From: an uncultured Candidatus Rokubacteria bacterium
GTDB taxonomy: Bacteria > Methylomirabilota > Methylomirabilia > Rokubacteriales > DASRDR01
Assembly (NCBI GenBank): GCA_963805625.1
Contig: CAWDVE010000013.1
Span: 416,001-480,000 of the forward strand
DNA: 64,000 nt
Direction: 5' to 3'
Program-made: the position numbers and the translations under genes
The notes under the pieces: model-generated
What the model saw: the letters and a program-made list of their open reading frames with translations, nothing else
What the model was told of the DNA's origin: nothing
Database searches by the model: none
In this document: piece after piece, positions 39,136-48,472 of the stretch
How positions within the stretch are numbered: position 1 is the first letter of the stretch
How the letters are laid out: each line of letters opens with the position of its first letter

Positions 39136-40497
39136 TCACTGGGGATACTTGTCGCGAAGCTTCTTGAGGTGCTGCCGGGCGACGTCCACCCACTCCTTCT
39201 CCGTGGCGACCGTGGACGCGATCCCGATGTACCGATCCCATTGCGCGATGGCCTCGCGCGGGTCCAGCTTCTCGTAGGCGAGGGCAAGGTTGTAGTGCGC
39301 CGCCGTGTGTTTCGCCTCGACCTCGATCACCTTCTTGTACTCGGCGACGGCGTCCTTGTAGAGACCCTTCTCCTCGTAGATCTCGCCGAGTCCCATGCGA
39401 GCCTCGAGAAAATACTGGTCCAGCTCGATCGCCTTCTTGTAGGCGCTCACCGCCTCGTAGTAGAGCCCCTTCTCGGTGTAGTAGATCTTGCCCAGGGCGA
39501 ACTGCACCCGGGCATTCAGGGGATCGAGCGAAAGGGCCTTCTGGTAGTGGGCGATGGCGGCCTCATGCTCGCCCTTCGCGGCCTTGGCGTCCCCGAGGCC
39601 CACGTGCGCGTCCGCGTAGTGCGGCCTGATCGTGATCGCACGCTGGTAGGCCTCGATCGCCTGGTCGAAGAGCCGCCGCGGGCTAGACATGAACAGGTCC
39701 CCGAGCGCCTTGTACGGCTCCGGGATCCCGGCATCCACCTGGGTCGCGGCCCGGAACTGCGCCGCCGCCTTCCAGCGGTTCCCGAGGACGAGGTGCACGG
39801 AGCCCAGCTGGTAGTGTGCCAGAGCGAAGGTTGGGTCGACCTCGACCGCTCGTGCCAGGAGCTCCGCGGCGCCTTCGTTCCCCTCCTGGGTCCCGGAAAG
39901 GGCCGAGCGGCGCCCCTTGGCGAAGGCCTCGAACGCCGTGAGGTTCGTCGTGGGCTTGGCCGCCGCCACCAGGCGGTCGACCTCGTCCGCTTTCAGTCCG
40001 AGGTTGAGCGCCTTCGCATACGACTGGATCAGCGTGGCCTGCGTCTCGATGAGCTTGTCGCTCGGGCCCCGGACCGGATCGAGCGTCTGGCTCTGCCCCG
40101 TCTTCACGTCGATCAGCCGGGGCGTGATCGTGATGCCGTCACTCGCCGTCCGCTGGTAGTCGCCGAGGAAGACGATCTCGGCCTTGACAGCGCGCCCGAG
40201 GGCAAGGGGGCTCCGATCGGTGGCGCTCTCCGCAGCGGTCCCGCGAGCCGCCTGCCCGGCCCGGCTCCGGTCGATGGGCAGGAGCGCGGGTGTGCCCTGG
40301 GACGCCACGAAGAGCGTCTCGGCGATGGCCTCGCCGAACCAGGCGTCCGTCTCGGTCGACTGGTACGGCAAGATCAGCACGGGCCTGGGCTTCGCCCACG
40401 CCGTCCCCCCGAGTGCCGCCCAGAGGGAGCACGCCGCGAGCAGCCCCAGCATCGGCCCCCGCATTCGATGGACCCGGCGTCCGGTGCGTCTTGCCAT
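39136..40497 (-). CDS. Secreted tetratricopeptide-repeat protein
   Basis: Signal-like N-terminus, TolB-like segment, many TPRs. Confidence 0.88.
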   Translation of the reverse strand: MARRTGRRVHRMRGPMLGLLAACSLWAALGGTAWAKPRPVLILPYQSTETDAWFGEAIAETLFVASQGTPALLPIDRSRAGQAARGTAAESATDRSPLALGRAVKAEIVFLGDYQRTASDGITITPRLIDVKTGQSQTLDPVRGPSDKLIETQATLIQSYAKALNLGLKADEVDRLVAAAKPTTNLTAFEAFAKGRRSALSGTQEGNEGAAELLARAVEVDPTFALAHYQLGSVHLVLGNRWKAAAQFRAATQVDAGIPEPYKALGDLFMSSPRRLFDQAIEAYQRAITIRPHYADAHVGLGDAKAAKGEHEAAIAHYQKALSLDPLNARVQFALGKIYYTEKGLYYEAVSAYKKAIELDQYFLEARMGLGEIYEEKGLYKDAVAEYKKVIEVEAKHTAAHYNLALAYEKLDPREAIAQWDRYIGIASTVATEKEWVDVARQHLKKLRDKYPQ

Positions 40498-40502
40498 CGT
40501 GG

Positions 40503-43500
40503 CTACCTCCTTGTCCTCCACCACGCGAGCCGCGCGAGAGCTGGGCCGACCCGGCGCATCGCGATCTCCGGCACCAGCGCCACGGTCACGAGGCCCACCA
40601 GCCACGGCCACAGGTCGGTCGGGATCCGGGAGCGACGCCGGTTCAGGGTGAAGACCTCTTTGGCGTCACTCAACGGACCACCACCGGTCAGCTCGCTCAC
40701 CTCCCGCAGGAAACCCTCGTTGGCCCCCAGCTCGCGATACTCCTGCGCGTAAGGCACGACGGTGCCGACGATCTGCGAGCCGAAGCTCTGCTGCTCCCGA
40801 CGGGTCGTCAGGCCGGCCAGGTACACGCCCTCGTCCCGCGCCCCGAAGGTGCCGCGGTACCGCCCGGGTGCGACCTGCTCGAGCTCGACCACGGACTGCC
40901 GCTTGTCAGGATTGACCACCCCGAGCTGACCGTCCAGGAAGTTGATGAACTCTCCCTTCGGATCGATCCCGTCGACGGTGACGACCGCCTGGCCGTCCCG
41001 CCGGTCCACGCTGACGGTGGTGTCGCTGCGCGTGTTCGCGCGCAGCGTCCAGCGGACCACCTGCGCCCAGAACTTGTTGTACGCGCCCCACCGGAGCCAG
41101 AGAATACCCCACTTCGCCCGGGCGTCGGCAGTGAAGGCCACCGACCGTCCGAGCCCGTAGCGCCAGGCAGCCAGCAGCGGGTCCTCCTGGTGGGTCATCA
41201 GGACCTGGTCGGCGGTGCCCTTGATGCTGGTCGCGACATAGCCACCGAGGGGGGGCGCCTTCGGCCAGTCGATGTCCTGGATCGTCTCGTGGGACGGACT
41301 CGTCACGATCGCCTTGAACGGCTGCTCGATCAGCGACGCTTTCGATGCGAGCTGGGTCTCCAGCGTGAAGATTCGCGGGACCGTGCTGGTCTCCTCGGTG
41401 AAGTAGAAGCGCCCGCGCCCCCACTTGGAGACGTCGTTCATCAGCTGGACGTCGGCGTCGGAGCCGATCGCGACTCCGGACACCGTGATCTTGTCTTTGA
41501 CCATGCGACGGATCAGGGCGGCGAAGTCGCCGCGCGTCATTTGCCCGTCCGACAGGAAGATGACGTGCTTGAGCAACGCGTCGCGGTCGAAGAGGGCCTT
41601 GTACGCCTCGCGCACCGCCGGGTAGCCGTCGGTGCCGCCCCCGGCCTTGATCGCCGAGATCTCGCGGTGGATCGCCTGCTTGTTCTTCGCCGGCTGGATG
41701 GGCACGTGCCACACGAACTCGGTGTCGAACGAAAGGACGCCGACCTCGTTCCGCTCGTCGAGGAGGTCGACGACCAGATGGGCGGACTCCTTCGCGACCT
41801 CGAGCTTGTTGATCTTGTCGTTGTCCTTCATGCCCATCGCCATGGAGCCGGACCGGTCGATCACGAGCATGACCGCAAGGCTCGGGATCTCGACCTTCTG
41901 CTTCACCTCCATGGTGACCGGCAGGGCCTCCTCGATGGGCGTGCGGTAGAAGCCGCCGAGCCCAAAGCTCTCCTCACCGCCGATCATGATCAGGCCGCCA
42001 CCCTGATCCCGGACGTAGTCGCGGACGAGGGTCATCTGCTGGCGCGTCATCTTGAGCGAGGACACGTTCGACAGGATGACTCCGTCGTACTTCTCGAACG
42101 CGGCCATCGTCGAGGGCAGGCCCTCGGGGCCGACGAGCCGCACGTCGAAGTACTGGGACCGGAGAGCGTTGGCCAGATTCTGCGCCTGCGACTCCTCCTT
42201 GTCGACCAGGAGCACCTGCGGCTTGCCGCGCACCACGGTGATCCCGATGGCGCGGTTGTTCTCCTCGATGACGTCGCCCTCGACCTCGACCAGCGCCTGG
42301 TAGACGTGCACCCCGGCCTGCTCGAGCGACTGGCGGTAGGTCAGGACGTTCTTCCCCGCGTTGAGGCGCACTACCTGCGAACCGAGGAACTCACCGTTCC
42401 GGTAGAGTGACAGCCGGCCGCTCGCTTCCTTGACCGAGGTGACGACAGCCTTCGCGTAGAACGGCTCGCCGAACTTGACCTCGTTCGGCAGGAGCAGCTG
42501 CTCGACGACGATCTCCTGGGGGAACGTCAGACCGACCGGCGAGTAGTAGATCGGGATGCCGGCGTCCTTGGCTGCCTGGGCGGCCACCACCGCCTTCCCG
42601 GCGTTCTCGCGACCGTCCGACAGGAGGACGATCCGGTTGGCCTCCCCACGCGGAAGCGAGGCCTGGGCAAGCTGGATCGCTCGCGCGAGGTTCGTGATCC
42701 GCCCGCCCGCCGTCGGCTGCGGACGGGCGAAGGTCGGTGTCGGCCGGAGCGCTTCCGCCAGCTGCGGGTCTCCCGCGAAGGTGATGAGCCCGGCCCGGTC
42801 CCCGGCCTTCATGCCCTCGAGCGCCGCCGTGGCCCACCGATAGGCGGTCTCCCGCGCGGCGAGGCTGACGCTGTCGGACATGTCCAGCACGAAGAAGACG
42901 TTCTGCCGGTCCAGCCACCGGGTGAACTGGGGCTGGGTGAGGCCCCAGGCGAGCAGCAGGAGCGCGACCCCGCGGCTCGCCAGCGCCCAGCGGTCCGACG
43001 CGCGCAAGGGCCACGACAGGCGCCCCGCGGTCTGGCGCCGCCAGTAGAGGAAGCCCTCGAACGCGAGCGTCAGCATCGCCAGGCCCAGGAGGAACGGCCA
43101 CAGGTCGCGCTGGTACGTGAAGCTGTCCCCCACCCCGCCCGCCGTCGGCGGCGGCGAGACCGGAAGAGGCTGGGGGCGGATGTTCGACTCGGTGCCGTCG
43201 AGAAGGTTGACCGCGAACCGCACTTCCCGCTTCCCGCCCGTTGTCAGCGTGTACAGACCCACGCGGTCCGTCTGCGAGAACGACAGGGCGCCCCGCGTGA
43301 TCTCGGCTTGGTGCGTGGCGCCGCTCGGGTCCCGCACCGTCCCCTCCTGGACGCCGTGCTCGACGGACAGGAGGAAGGGTGTCCCGGCGGTGACCATGAG
43401 ATCCGAGCCCTCGAGACCCACGGGCTGGAGCCATCTCAGGCTGTTCGCCAGGATCAGCGGGAACGCGACCCGCAGCGGGAGATCGGTCTTGAAGAGGTCG

Positions 43501-44870
43501 AAACCGACGAACACGGCCTTCCGCTGCGGCTCCTCCAGCAGGAAGATGAGGGGACCGCCCACGGATTCGAGCAGCGTCTTCCCTGCCGCCAGCGGCCGCA
43601 CGCGGAGCGCCTCTTCGACCGCCACCTTCGACAGGTCGACGAACCGCATCACGGGGTGGTTCCGAGCCCAGTCGAGCACGACGGGCTGCTCCATCGTGCC
43701 GAGGGACTCGATCGGGACGTCGCCGGGGGTCGAGTTCACGAGGACGAAGCGGCCGGCGCCGATCTTCGCGGGCGACGTGCCGTCGAGCACGACCACGTCG
43801 AAAGTACCCATGCCTCCGGAGTACTCGCCGGGAGTCTTCGTCTCGAGGATCACCTGCGGGTCGGTGCGGAGTGCCTTCTCCAGGAACAGGTTGCCGGGGC
43901 TCACGAGGAGGACGCGGAGCTTCCGCGGCTCCGGCACCACGGCGTGGACGGTGTTGTCCGCGTCGAGATCGTCCCGGACGTCGGCAACGGCCTTGACGAC
44001 CGCCCCGGTCTGGAGGGTGAAGGGAACGATGACGTTTCGCTTCACCTGGGGATCCAGCGCGATCGTCTGCTCGCTGATCTTCTGGTCGTCGACCGTCAGC
44101 GCAAGCGGGAATGAGACGCGCTCATCGGAGAAGTTGGTGACGGACAGGAATGCCTGGTAGTCGAACGCGCCGTAGTAGGCCTTCCGGACAGCGAACTGCG
44201 TGATCCCGACGTTCCGGGCGCCGCCCCCGACCGTGACCCACCGGACCCGCGGGTCGGGGAACTCCCGGACCTGTGCCGGGTCGAACGCGCCGTCGGTCAG
44301 CACGTGCACGCGGACCCGCGGGTCAACCGGGGGCACGAGGGCCAGCGCCGTGCGAATCGCCTCGCTCAGGTGGTTCGGCTGGTCGCGCGCTTCGAGGTCG
44401 AAGACGGCCCGCCGCGCCCGGTCGCGGTCGCGGGTGAAGTGCAGCCGGATCGTCGGCTGCGAGCCCGCCTCGATGACCATCAGCTCGGCGCCCTGGCCCG
44501 CCTCGGCGATCAGGCTCGCCGCCTGCTGCTGGGCCTCGCGGAGGCGGCTCGACCCGACGTCCCGCGCCTTCATGGAGGCCGAGGTGTCCACCACGAAGAT
44601 CAGCCGCTCGGCGCCCTTCCCCTGGAGCGTCAGGGTGGGCCGGGCGAGCGCCGCGCACAGGAGCAGGAGCGCCAGAAGCTGGAGCAGCAGCAAGGGATCG
44701 AGCTGCAGCCGCTGGAAGAGGGCCGACGCCTGCTGGTCCCGGAACACGGGGGACCACAGGAGGACGGAGGAGACGCGGCGCTGCTGGCGGCGGACCTTGA
44801 GGAAGTACAGGAGGAGCAGCGGGACCGCCAACCCCAGCAGCAGGAAGGCCCAGGGCTGCAGGAAGCTCAC
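40503..44870 (-). CDS. BatA/VWA/GATase-like multidomain membrane protein
   Basis: N-terminal BatA (PLLLLYFLK...SSVLLW), three DxSxSM MIDAS motifs, GGGLIMIGG, W.YGLGRS. Confidence 0.88.
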   Translation of the reverse strand: MSFLQPWAFLLLGLAVPLLLLYFLKVRRQQRRVSSVLLWSPVFRDQQASALFQRLQLDPLLLLQLLALLLLCAALARPTLTLQGKGAERLIFVVDTSASMKARDVGSSRLREAQQQAASLIAEAGQGAELMVIEAGSQPTIRLHFTRDRDRARRAVFDLEARDQPNHLSEAIRTALALVPPVDPRVRVHVLTDGAFDPAQVREFPDPRVRWVTVGGGARNVGITQFAVRKAYYGAFDYQAFLSVTNFSDERVSFPLALTVDDQKISEQTIALDPQVKRNVIVPFTLQTGAVVKAVADVRDDLDADNTVHAVVPEPRKLRVLLVSPGNLFLEKALRTDPQVILETKTPGEYSGGMGTFDVVVLDGTSPAKIGAGRFVLVNSTPGDVPIESLGTMEQPVVLDWARNHPVMRFVDLSKVAVEEALRVRPLAAGKTLLESVGGPLIFLLEEPQRKAVFVGFDLFKTDLPLRVAFPLILANSLRWLQPVGLEGSDLMVTAGTPFLLSVEHGVQEGTVRDPSGATHQAEITRGALSFSQTDRVGLYTLTTGGKREVRFAVNLLDGTESNIRPQPLPVSPPPTAGGVGDSFTYQRDLWPFLLGLAMLTLAFEGFLYWRRQTAGRLSWPLRASDRWALASRGVALLLLAWGLTQPQFTRWLDRQNVFFVLDMSDSVSLAARETAYRWATAALEGMKAGDRAGLITFAGDPQLAEALRPTPTFARPQPTAGGRITNLARAIQLAQASLPRGEANRIVLLSDGRENAGKAVVAAQAAKDAGIPIYYSPVGLTFPQEIVVEQLLLPNEVKFGEPFYAKAVVTSVKEASGRLSLYRNGEFLGSQVVRLNAGKNVLTYRQSLEQAGVHVYQALVEVEGDVIEENNRAIGITVVRGKPQVLLVDKEESQAQNLANALRSQYFDVRLVGPEGLPSTMAAFEKYDGVILSNVSSLKMTRQQMTLVRDYVRDQGGGLIMIGGEESFGLGGFYRTPIEEALPVTMEVKQKVEIPSLAVMLVIDRSGSMAMGMKDNDKINKLEVAKESAHLVVDLLDERNEVGVLSFDTEFVWHVPIQPAKNKQAIHREISAIKAGGGTDGYPAVREAYKALFDRDALLKHVIFLSDGQMTRGDFAALIRRMVKDKITVSGVAIGSDADVQLMNDVSKWGRGRFYFTEETSTVPRIFTLETQLASKASLIEQPFKAIVTSPSHETIQDIDWPKAPPLGGYVATSIKGTADQVLMTHQEDPLLAAWRYGLGRSVAFTADARAKWGILWLRWGAYNKFWAQVVRWTLRANTRSDTTVSVDRRDGQAVVTVDGIDPKGEFINFLDGQLGVVNPDKRQSVVELEQVAPGRYRGTFGARDEGVYLAGLTTRREQQSFGSQIVGTVVPYAQEYRELGANEGFLREVSELTGGGPLSDAKEVFTLNRRRSRIPTDLWPWLVGLVTVALVPEIAMRRVGPALARLAWWRTRR

Positions 44871-45790
44871 TGGAGCAGGCCCCCCTTCAGCCGCCGAAGC
44901 AGGAGGTCCTCGACGGGCATGTCACTGGCGACGCGGACGTAGTTCAGCTCGTTCGCCCGGCAAAATCCCTCGATGCCCGAGATGAACGTCCCCAGCTGGC
45001 GCTCGTACCCTCGCAGCACCTCGGCGTCGACCGACACCTCGCGCATCTCGCCGGTCTCGGCATCCACCAGTTCCAGGTCCCCCCCGAGCATCGGGCGCAG
45101 CTCGTCCGGGGACAGGAGGTGGAGTACGTGGATGTCGAAGCGCCGCTCCATCAGCGCCCGCAACCCCGACGCGTAGCCCGCCGGATCCAGGAAGTCGGAG
45201 ATCACCACCGCCACTCCGGCATCCTTCGCGCGCTGCGCGTACTGCCGGACGGCGTCGTTGAACGCCGTGCCTCCGCCGGGCGTGAGATTGGCCAGGAAGT
45301 CCTGGATCGGGAGAAACTGGTTCCGCCCTCGAGTCGGGAGCCATCCCTCGGCAACACGGTCCCGGAACACCGCCACGCCCACGCGCTCGAGGTTCACGAA
45401 CCCGATGAACGCCAGCGCGGCGGCCAGGCGAACGGCGTACCGGAACTTGTTCGGCGTGCCGTAGTCCATGGAGCCGCTCGCGTCGAGGATGAGGTGGATG
45501 CAGAGATCCTCTTCGTCGATGAACACCTTGAGATAGAGCCGGTTGAGACGGGCGAACGCGTTCCAGTCGACGTAGCGCAGGTCGTCACCGACCTCGTACG
45601 GCCGGTAGTCGGCGAATTCGACGCTCGAGCCCCGGCGCGGGCTCTTGCGCTCACCCTTCACCGCTCCCACGTGCGAGCGCTTGGAGACGAAGCCAAGACG
45701 CTCGAGCTGCATCAGGAAAGAGTTCGAGAAGAAGCGCTCGGCAGCCGCGGCCGGTGCGGCGGCGGAAGCCGGGCGGGCGGCGCGCGCCAT
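44867..45790 (-). CDS. DUF58 domain protein
   Basis: EFADYRPYEVGDDLRYVDWN, LDASGSM, ISDF. Confidence 0.92.
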   Translation of the reverse strand: MARAARPASAAAPAAAAERFFSNSFLMQLERLGFVSKRSHVGAVKGERKSPRRGSSVEFADYRPYEVGDDLRYVDWNAFARLNRLYLKVFIDEEDLCIHLILDASGSMDYGTPNKFRYAVRLAAALAFIGFVNLERVGVAVFRDRVAEGWLPTRGRNQFLPIQDFLANLTPGGGTAFNDAVRQYAQRAKDAGVAVVISDFLDPAGYASGLRALMERRFDIHVLHLLSPDELRPMLGGDLELVDAETGEMREVSVDAEVLRGYERQLGTFISGIEGFCRANELNYVRVASDMPVEDLLLRRLKGGLLQ

Positions 45791-45794
45791 GTGG

Positions 45795-47264
45795 TCAGCG
45801 TTCCTCGAGCGCCTGGAAGTAGTCCCGCACCTGACTGCGGTAGTCGAGCGGGATCGCCTCCTTCGCCAGGGCCTCCTCCATCATCTTCCGGTACTGCGTC
45901 ACGACGCTCATCGATGGCAGGCGGGAGGGATTCTGGGCACCCTTGCCCAGCATGTTCGTATCGTAGGACTCGCGCCGGCCCTTGCGCATGGCGCCCTCGA
46001 CACCGATGTCGAAGGGGTTCTGGCCCAGCCGGTTCGTGGGATCGCCCTTCCAGCCGGGATTCGTCCCCTTCCCGGGAAGCGATCCCTGGCCTTCGCCGAA
46101 GTCGGGTTCGTCCTCGCCCGGACGGCCCGCTCCGCCACGCTCGTCGCGACCGCGCCCGCGGTCCTTCCCACCCTGGAGGCCCTTGCCCCCGCGGTCCCGC
46201 TCGTCCTGGGCCCGCATCTTCTGGAGCGCGCGCTCCATCGCGTCCATGGCCTTGTCCATCTGGCCCCGGTCGAGCGCCTCGGCGCCCTCCATCATCTCTT
46301 GGCCCCAGTCGCCTTCCCCGCCCGATCCGCTGCCGGGGCGCCGGCCCATCCGGTTCATCTCCTCGAGCAGCTGACGCAGCTTCTCCGGCGTCATCTGTCG
46401 GGGATCCATGCCCGAAAGGAGGCTGCGCGACTTGCGGAACATGACCTTGTACTGGCTCTGCGTGAAGTCCCGCTGGAGGTCGGGGAGGCTGTCGACCCGC
46501 TCGAGGAGCCGGATGCGGTCGTCGCCCTGCTTCAGGAAGCTCGAGAAGTCCGGGCGCTTCGTCGCGACGTTCGTGTCCTTGAAGGCCGCGGCCAGATCGC
46601 CCTTGGTGTGCTCCCGGCTCTCCGGGTTGGGGCGCGTCTGGTAGTCGCGGTCCTGCATCTCCACGCGCTCGACCTTCTCGCTCTTCTTCTGCGTGGGGCG
46701 CTCGATGGCCTGCTGCGGACCGGCGGCCTCGGGCTTCTTCTCTTCCTCCGTCGCCGGCGTGAACGACGGCATGGAGACGTCGGGGATCGGGATCGGCGGC
46801 AGATAGGGCAGGACGGCCAGCGCCAGCACCGGAGCGGGAAGGAGCTTCAGCTCCCGAGGCCAGCGCCACGCAACCGCCCGCCCGAGTGTGATCTGGGCAG
46901 CGTGCGTCTCGGCGTCCGCGATCGCCGCGTCGGCCAGCGCGCCGCGGTCCGGGCGCGCGAGGAGATCGTGAGCGGTCGCGAGCCGATCCTTCAGGCCGAA
47001 CGCGCGGTCCGCCAGACCCAGCGCGTCCACCGGAGGCACTCTGAGGAGCATCCCGTACAGGACGCCCACCAGCGCCCCGCCGGCAGCCAGGCCGCCCGCC
47101 AGCGGCAGGGCCCACGGCCCCACCATGGCCCGGAGCGCCACCGGCACGACCGCCAGGCAGAGCCCCCACGCCAGGCCGCGCACGCCGTAGAACAGCGCAC
47201 GGCGCTGTCGTATCAGCCGGGTCAGGCGGGTGATCGTGAGGCCGAGCGCTGCGCCATGTGCCAT
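45795..47264 (-). CDS. Membrane-anchored coiled-coil protein of the MoxR cluster
   Basis: N-terminal TMs, GLKDRLATA, Gly-rich linker, IPLDYRSQVRDYF tail. Confidence 0.8.
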   Translation of the reverse strand: MAHGAALGLTITRLTRLIRQRRALFYGVRGLAWGLCLAVVPVALRAMVGPWALPLAGGLAAGGALVGVLYGMLLRVPPVDALGLADRAFGLKDRLATAHDLLARPDRGALADAAIADAETHAAQITLGRAVAWRWPRELKLLPAPVLALAVLPYLPPIPIPDVSMPSFTPATEEEKKPEAAGPQQAIERPTQKKSEKVERVEMQDRDYQTRPNPESREHTKGDLAAAFKDTNVATKRPDFSSFLKQGDDRIRLLERVDSLPDLQRDFTQSQYKVMFRKSRSLLSGMDPRQMTPEKLRQLLEEMNRMGRRPGSGSGGEGDWGQEMMEGAEALDRGQMDKAMDAMERALQKMRAQDERDRGGKGLQGGKDRGRGRDERGGAGRPGEDEPDFGEGQGSLPGKGTNPGWKGDPTNRLGQNPFDIGVEGAMRKGRRESYDTNMLGKGAQNPSRLPSMSVVTQYRKMMEEALAKEAIPLDYRSQVRDYFQALEER

Positions 47265-47286
47265 GAGCGTCTCCTCGGGGAGCGGG

Positions 47287-48297
47287 CTAACGGAGGAACA
47301 CCTCCTTGCCCTCGCGAGACGATGCCTCGACGGCCTCGAGCACCTCCGACAGTAGGCGATCGGCCTCGATCCCCTCGGCCTCGCCCTCGAAGTTCAGGAT
47401 GACCCGGTGGCGGAGCACGGGAAGCGCGATCGTCTTGATGTCGTCGACGCTCACGGCGAAGCGACCGGCCCGGAGCGCGAGCACCTTGGCCCCGAGGACC
47501 AGCGCCTGGGCTGCCCGGGGGCTCGCCCCGTAGCGGATGTAGCGCCGCGTGATGTCCGGAGCCTCCTCCCACTGGGGATGGGTGGCCATCACGAGCGTGG
47601 CGGCGAAATGCCGAACGTGAGCCGCGATCGGCACTTCCCGCACGAGCTCCCGGGCGGCGAGCGTCTCGCTGCCGGTCATCACCCGTTCCACGGACGGATC
47701 GTTCGAGGTCGTCGTGCGATCGATGATCTCGTTCAGCTGCTCGAGCGCGGGATAGCGCACGCGGAGCTTGAACAGGAACCGGTCGAGCTGCGCTTCCGGA
47801 AGGGGGTACGTCCCCTCCATCTCGATCGGGTTCTGGGTCGCCAGCACGAAGAAGGGGGGCGGAAGCCGGTGGGTGACGCCCGCCACCGTCGCGCTGCTCT
47901 CCTGCATCGCCTCGAGGAGCGCGGACTGCGTCTTGGGCGTGGCCCGGTTGACCTCGTCGGCCAAGAGGATGTGCGCGAAGACGGGACCCCGCTCGAACTG
48001 GAAGTGCCGCCGCCCGTCCGCGTCCTCGACGATGATGTTCGTGCCGATGATGTCGGCCGGCATCAGATCCGGCGTGAACTGGATGCGCGAGAAGGAGAGG
48101 TCGAGGCACCCGGCCAGGGTCCGGACGAGGAGAGTCTTCCCCAGCCCCGGAACTCCTTCGAGCAGGACGTGCCCGCCCGCGAAGAGCGCGACGAGAACCT
48201 GGTCCACGATCTCGTCGTGGCCGACGATGACCTTGTGGACCTCACGCTCGAGTTGCCCGTAGCTCTTGACGAACGACTCTACCCGTTCCCCGGCCAT
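47287..48297 (-). CDS. moxR: MoxR AAA+ ATPase
   Basis: GHVLLEGVPGLGKT, RIQFTPDLMPAD, DEVNRA, ATQNPIEMEGTYPLPEAQLDRF. Confidence 0.95.
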   Translation of the reverse strand: MAGERVESFVKSYGQLEREVHKVIVGHDEIVDQVLVALFAGGHVLLEGVPGLGKTLLVRTLAGCLDLSFSRIQFTPDLMPADIIGTNIIVEDADGRRHFQFERGPVFAHILLADEVNRATPKTQSALLEAMQESSATVAGVTHRLPPPFFVLATQNPIEMEGTYPLPEAQLDRFLFKLRVRYPALEQLNEIIDRTTTSNDPSVERVMTGSETLAARELVREVPIAAHVRHFAATLVMATHPQWEEAPDITRRYIRYGASPRAAQALVLGAKVLALRAGRFAVSVDDIKTIALPVLRHRVILNFEGEAEGIEADRLLSEVLEAVEASSREGKEVFLR

Positions 48298-48472
48298 CCC
48301 CTGTCCTCCGGTCGATGGAATCGGTTCCGAGCGCCTGCTACGGGACCCATTATAGGCCGGGCGGTCAAGCGGGCAACCGCTTTGTGCGGCGCGAGGGCAC
48401 CATGGACTCCCCGCGCGTCGAATCGCTCGCCGCGACGCCGTCGAACGTGCGGTCGCGAGCCCGGGCGCGATC

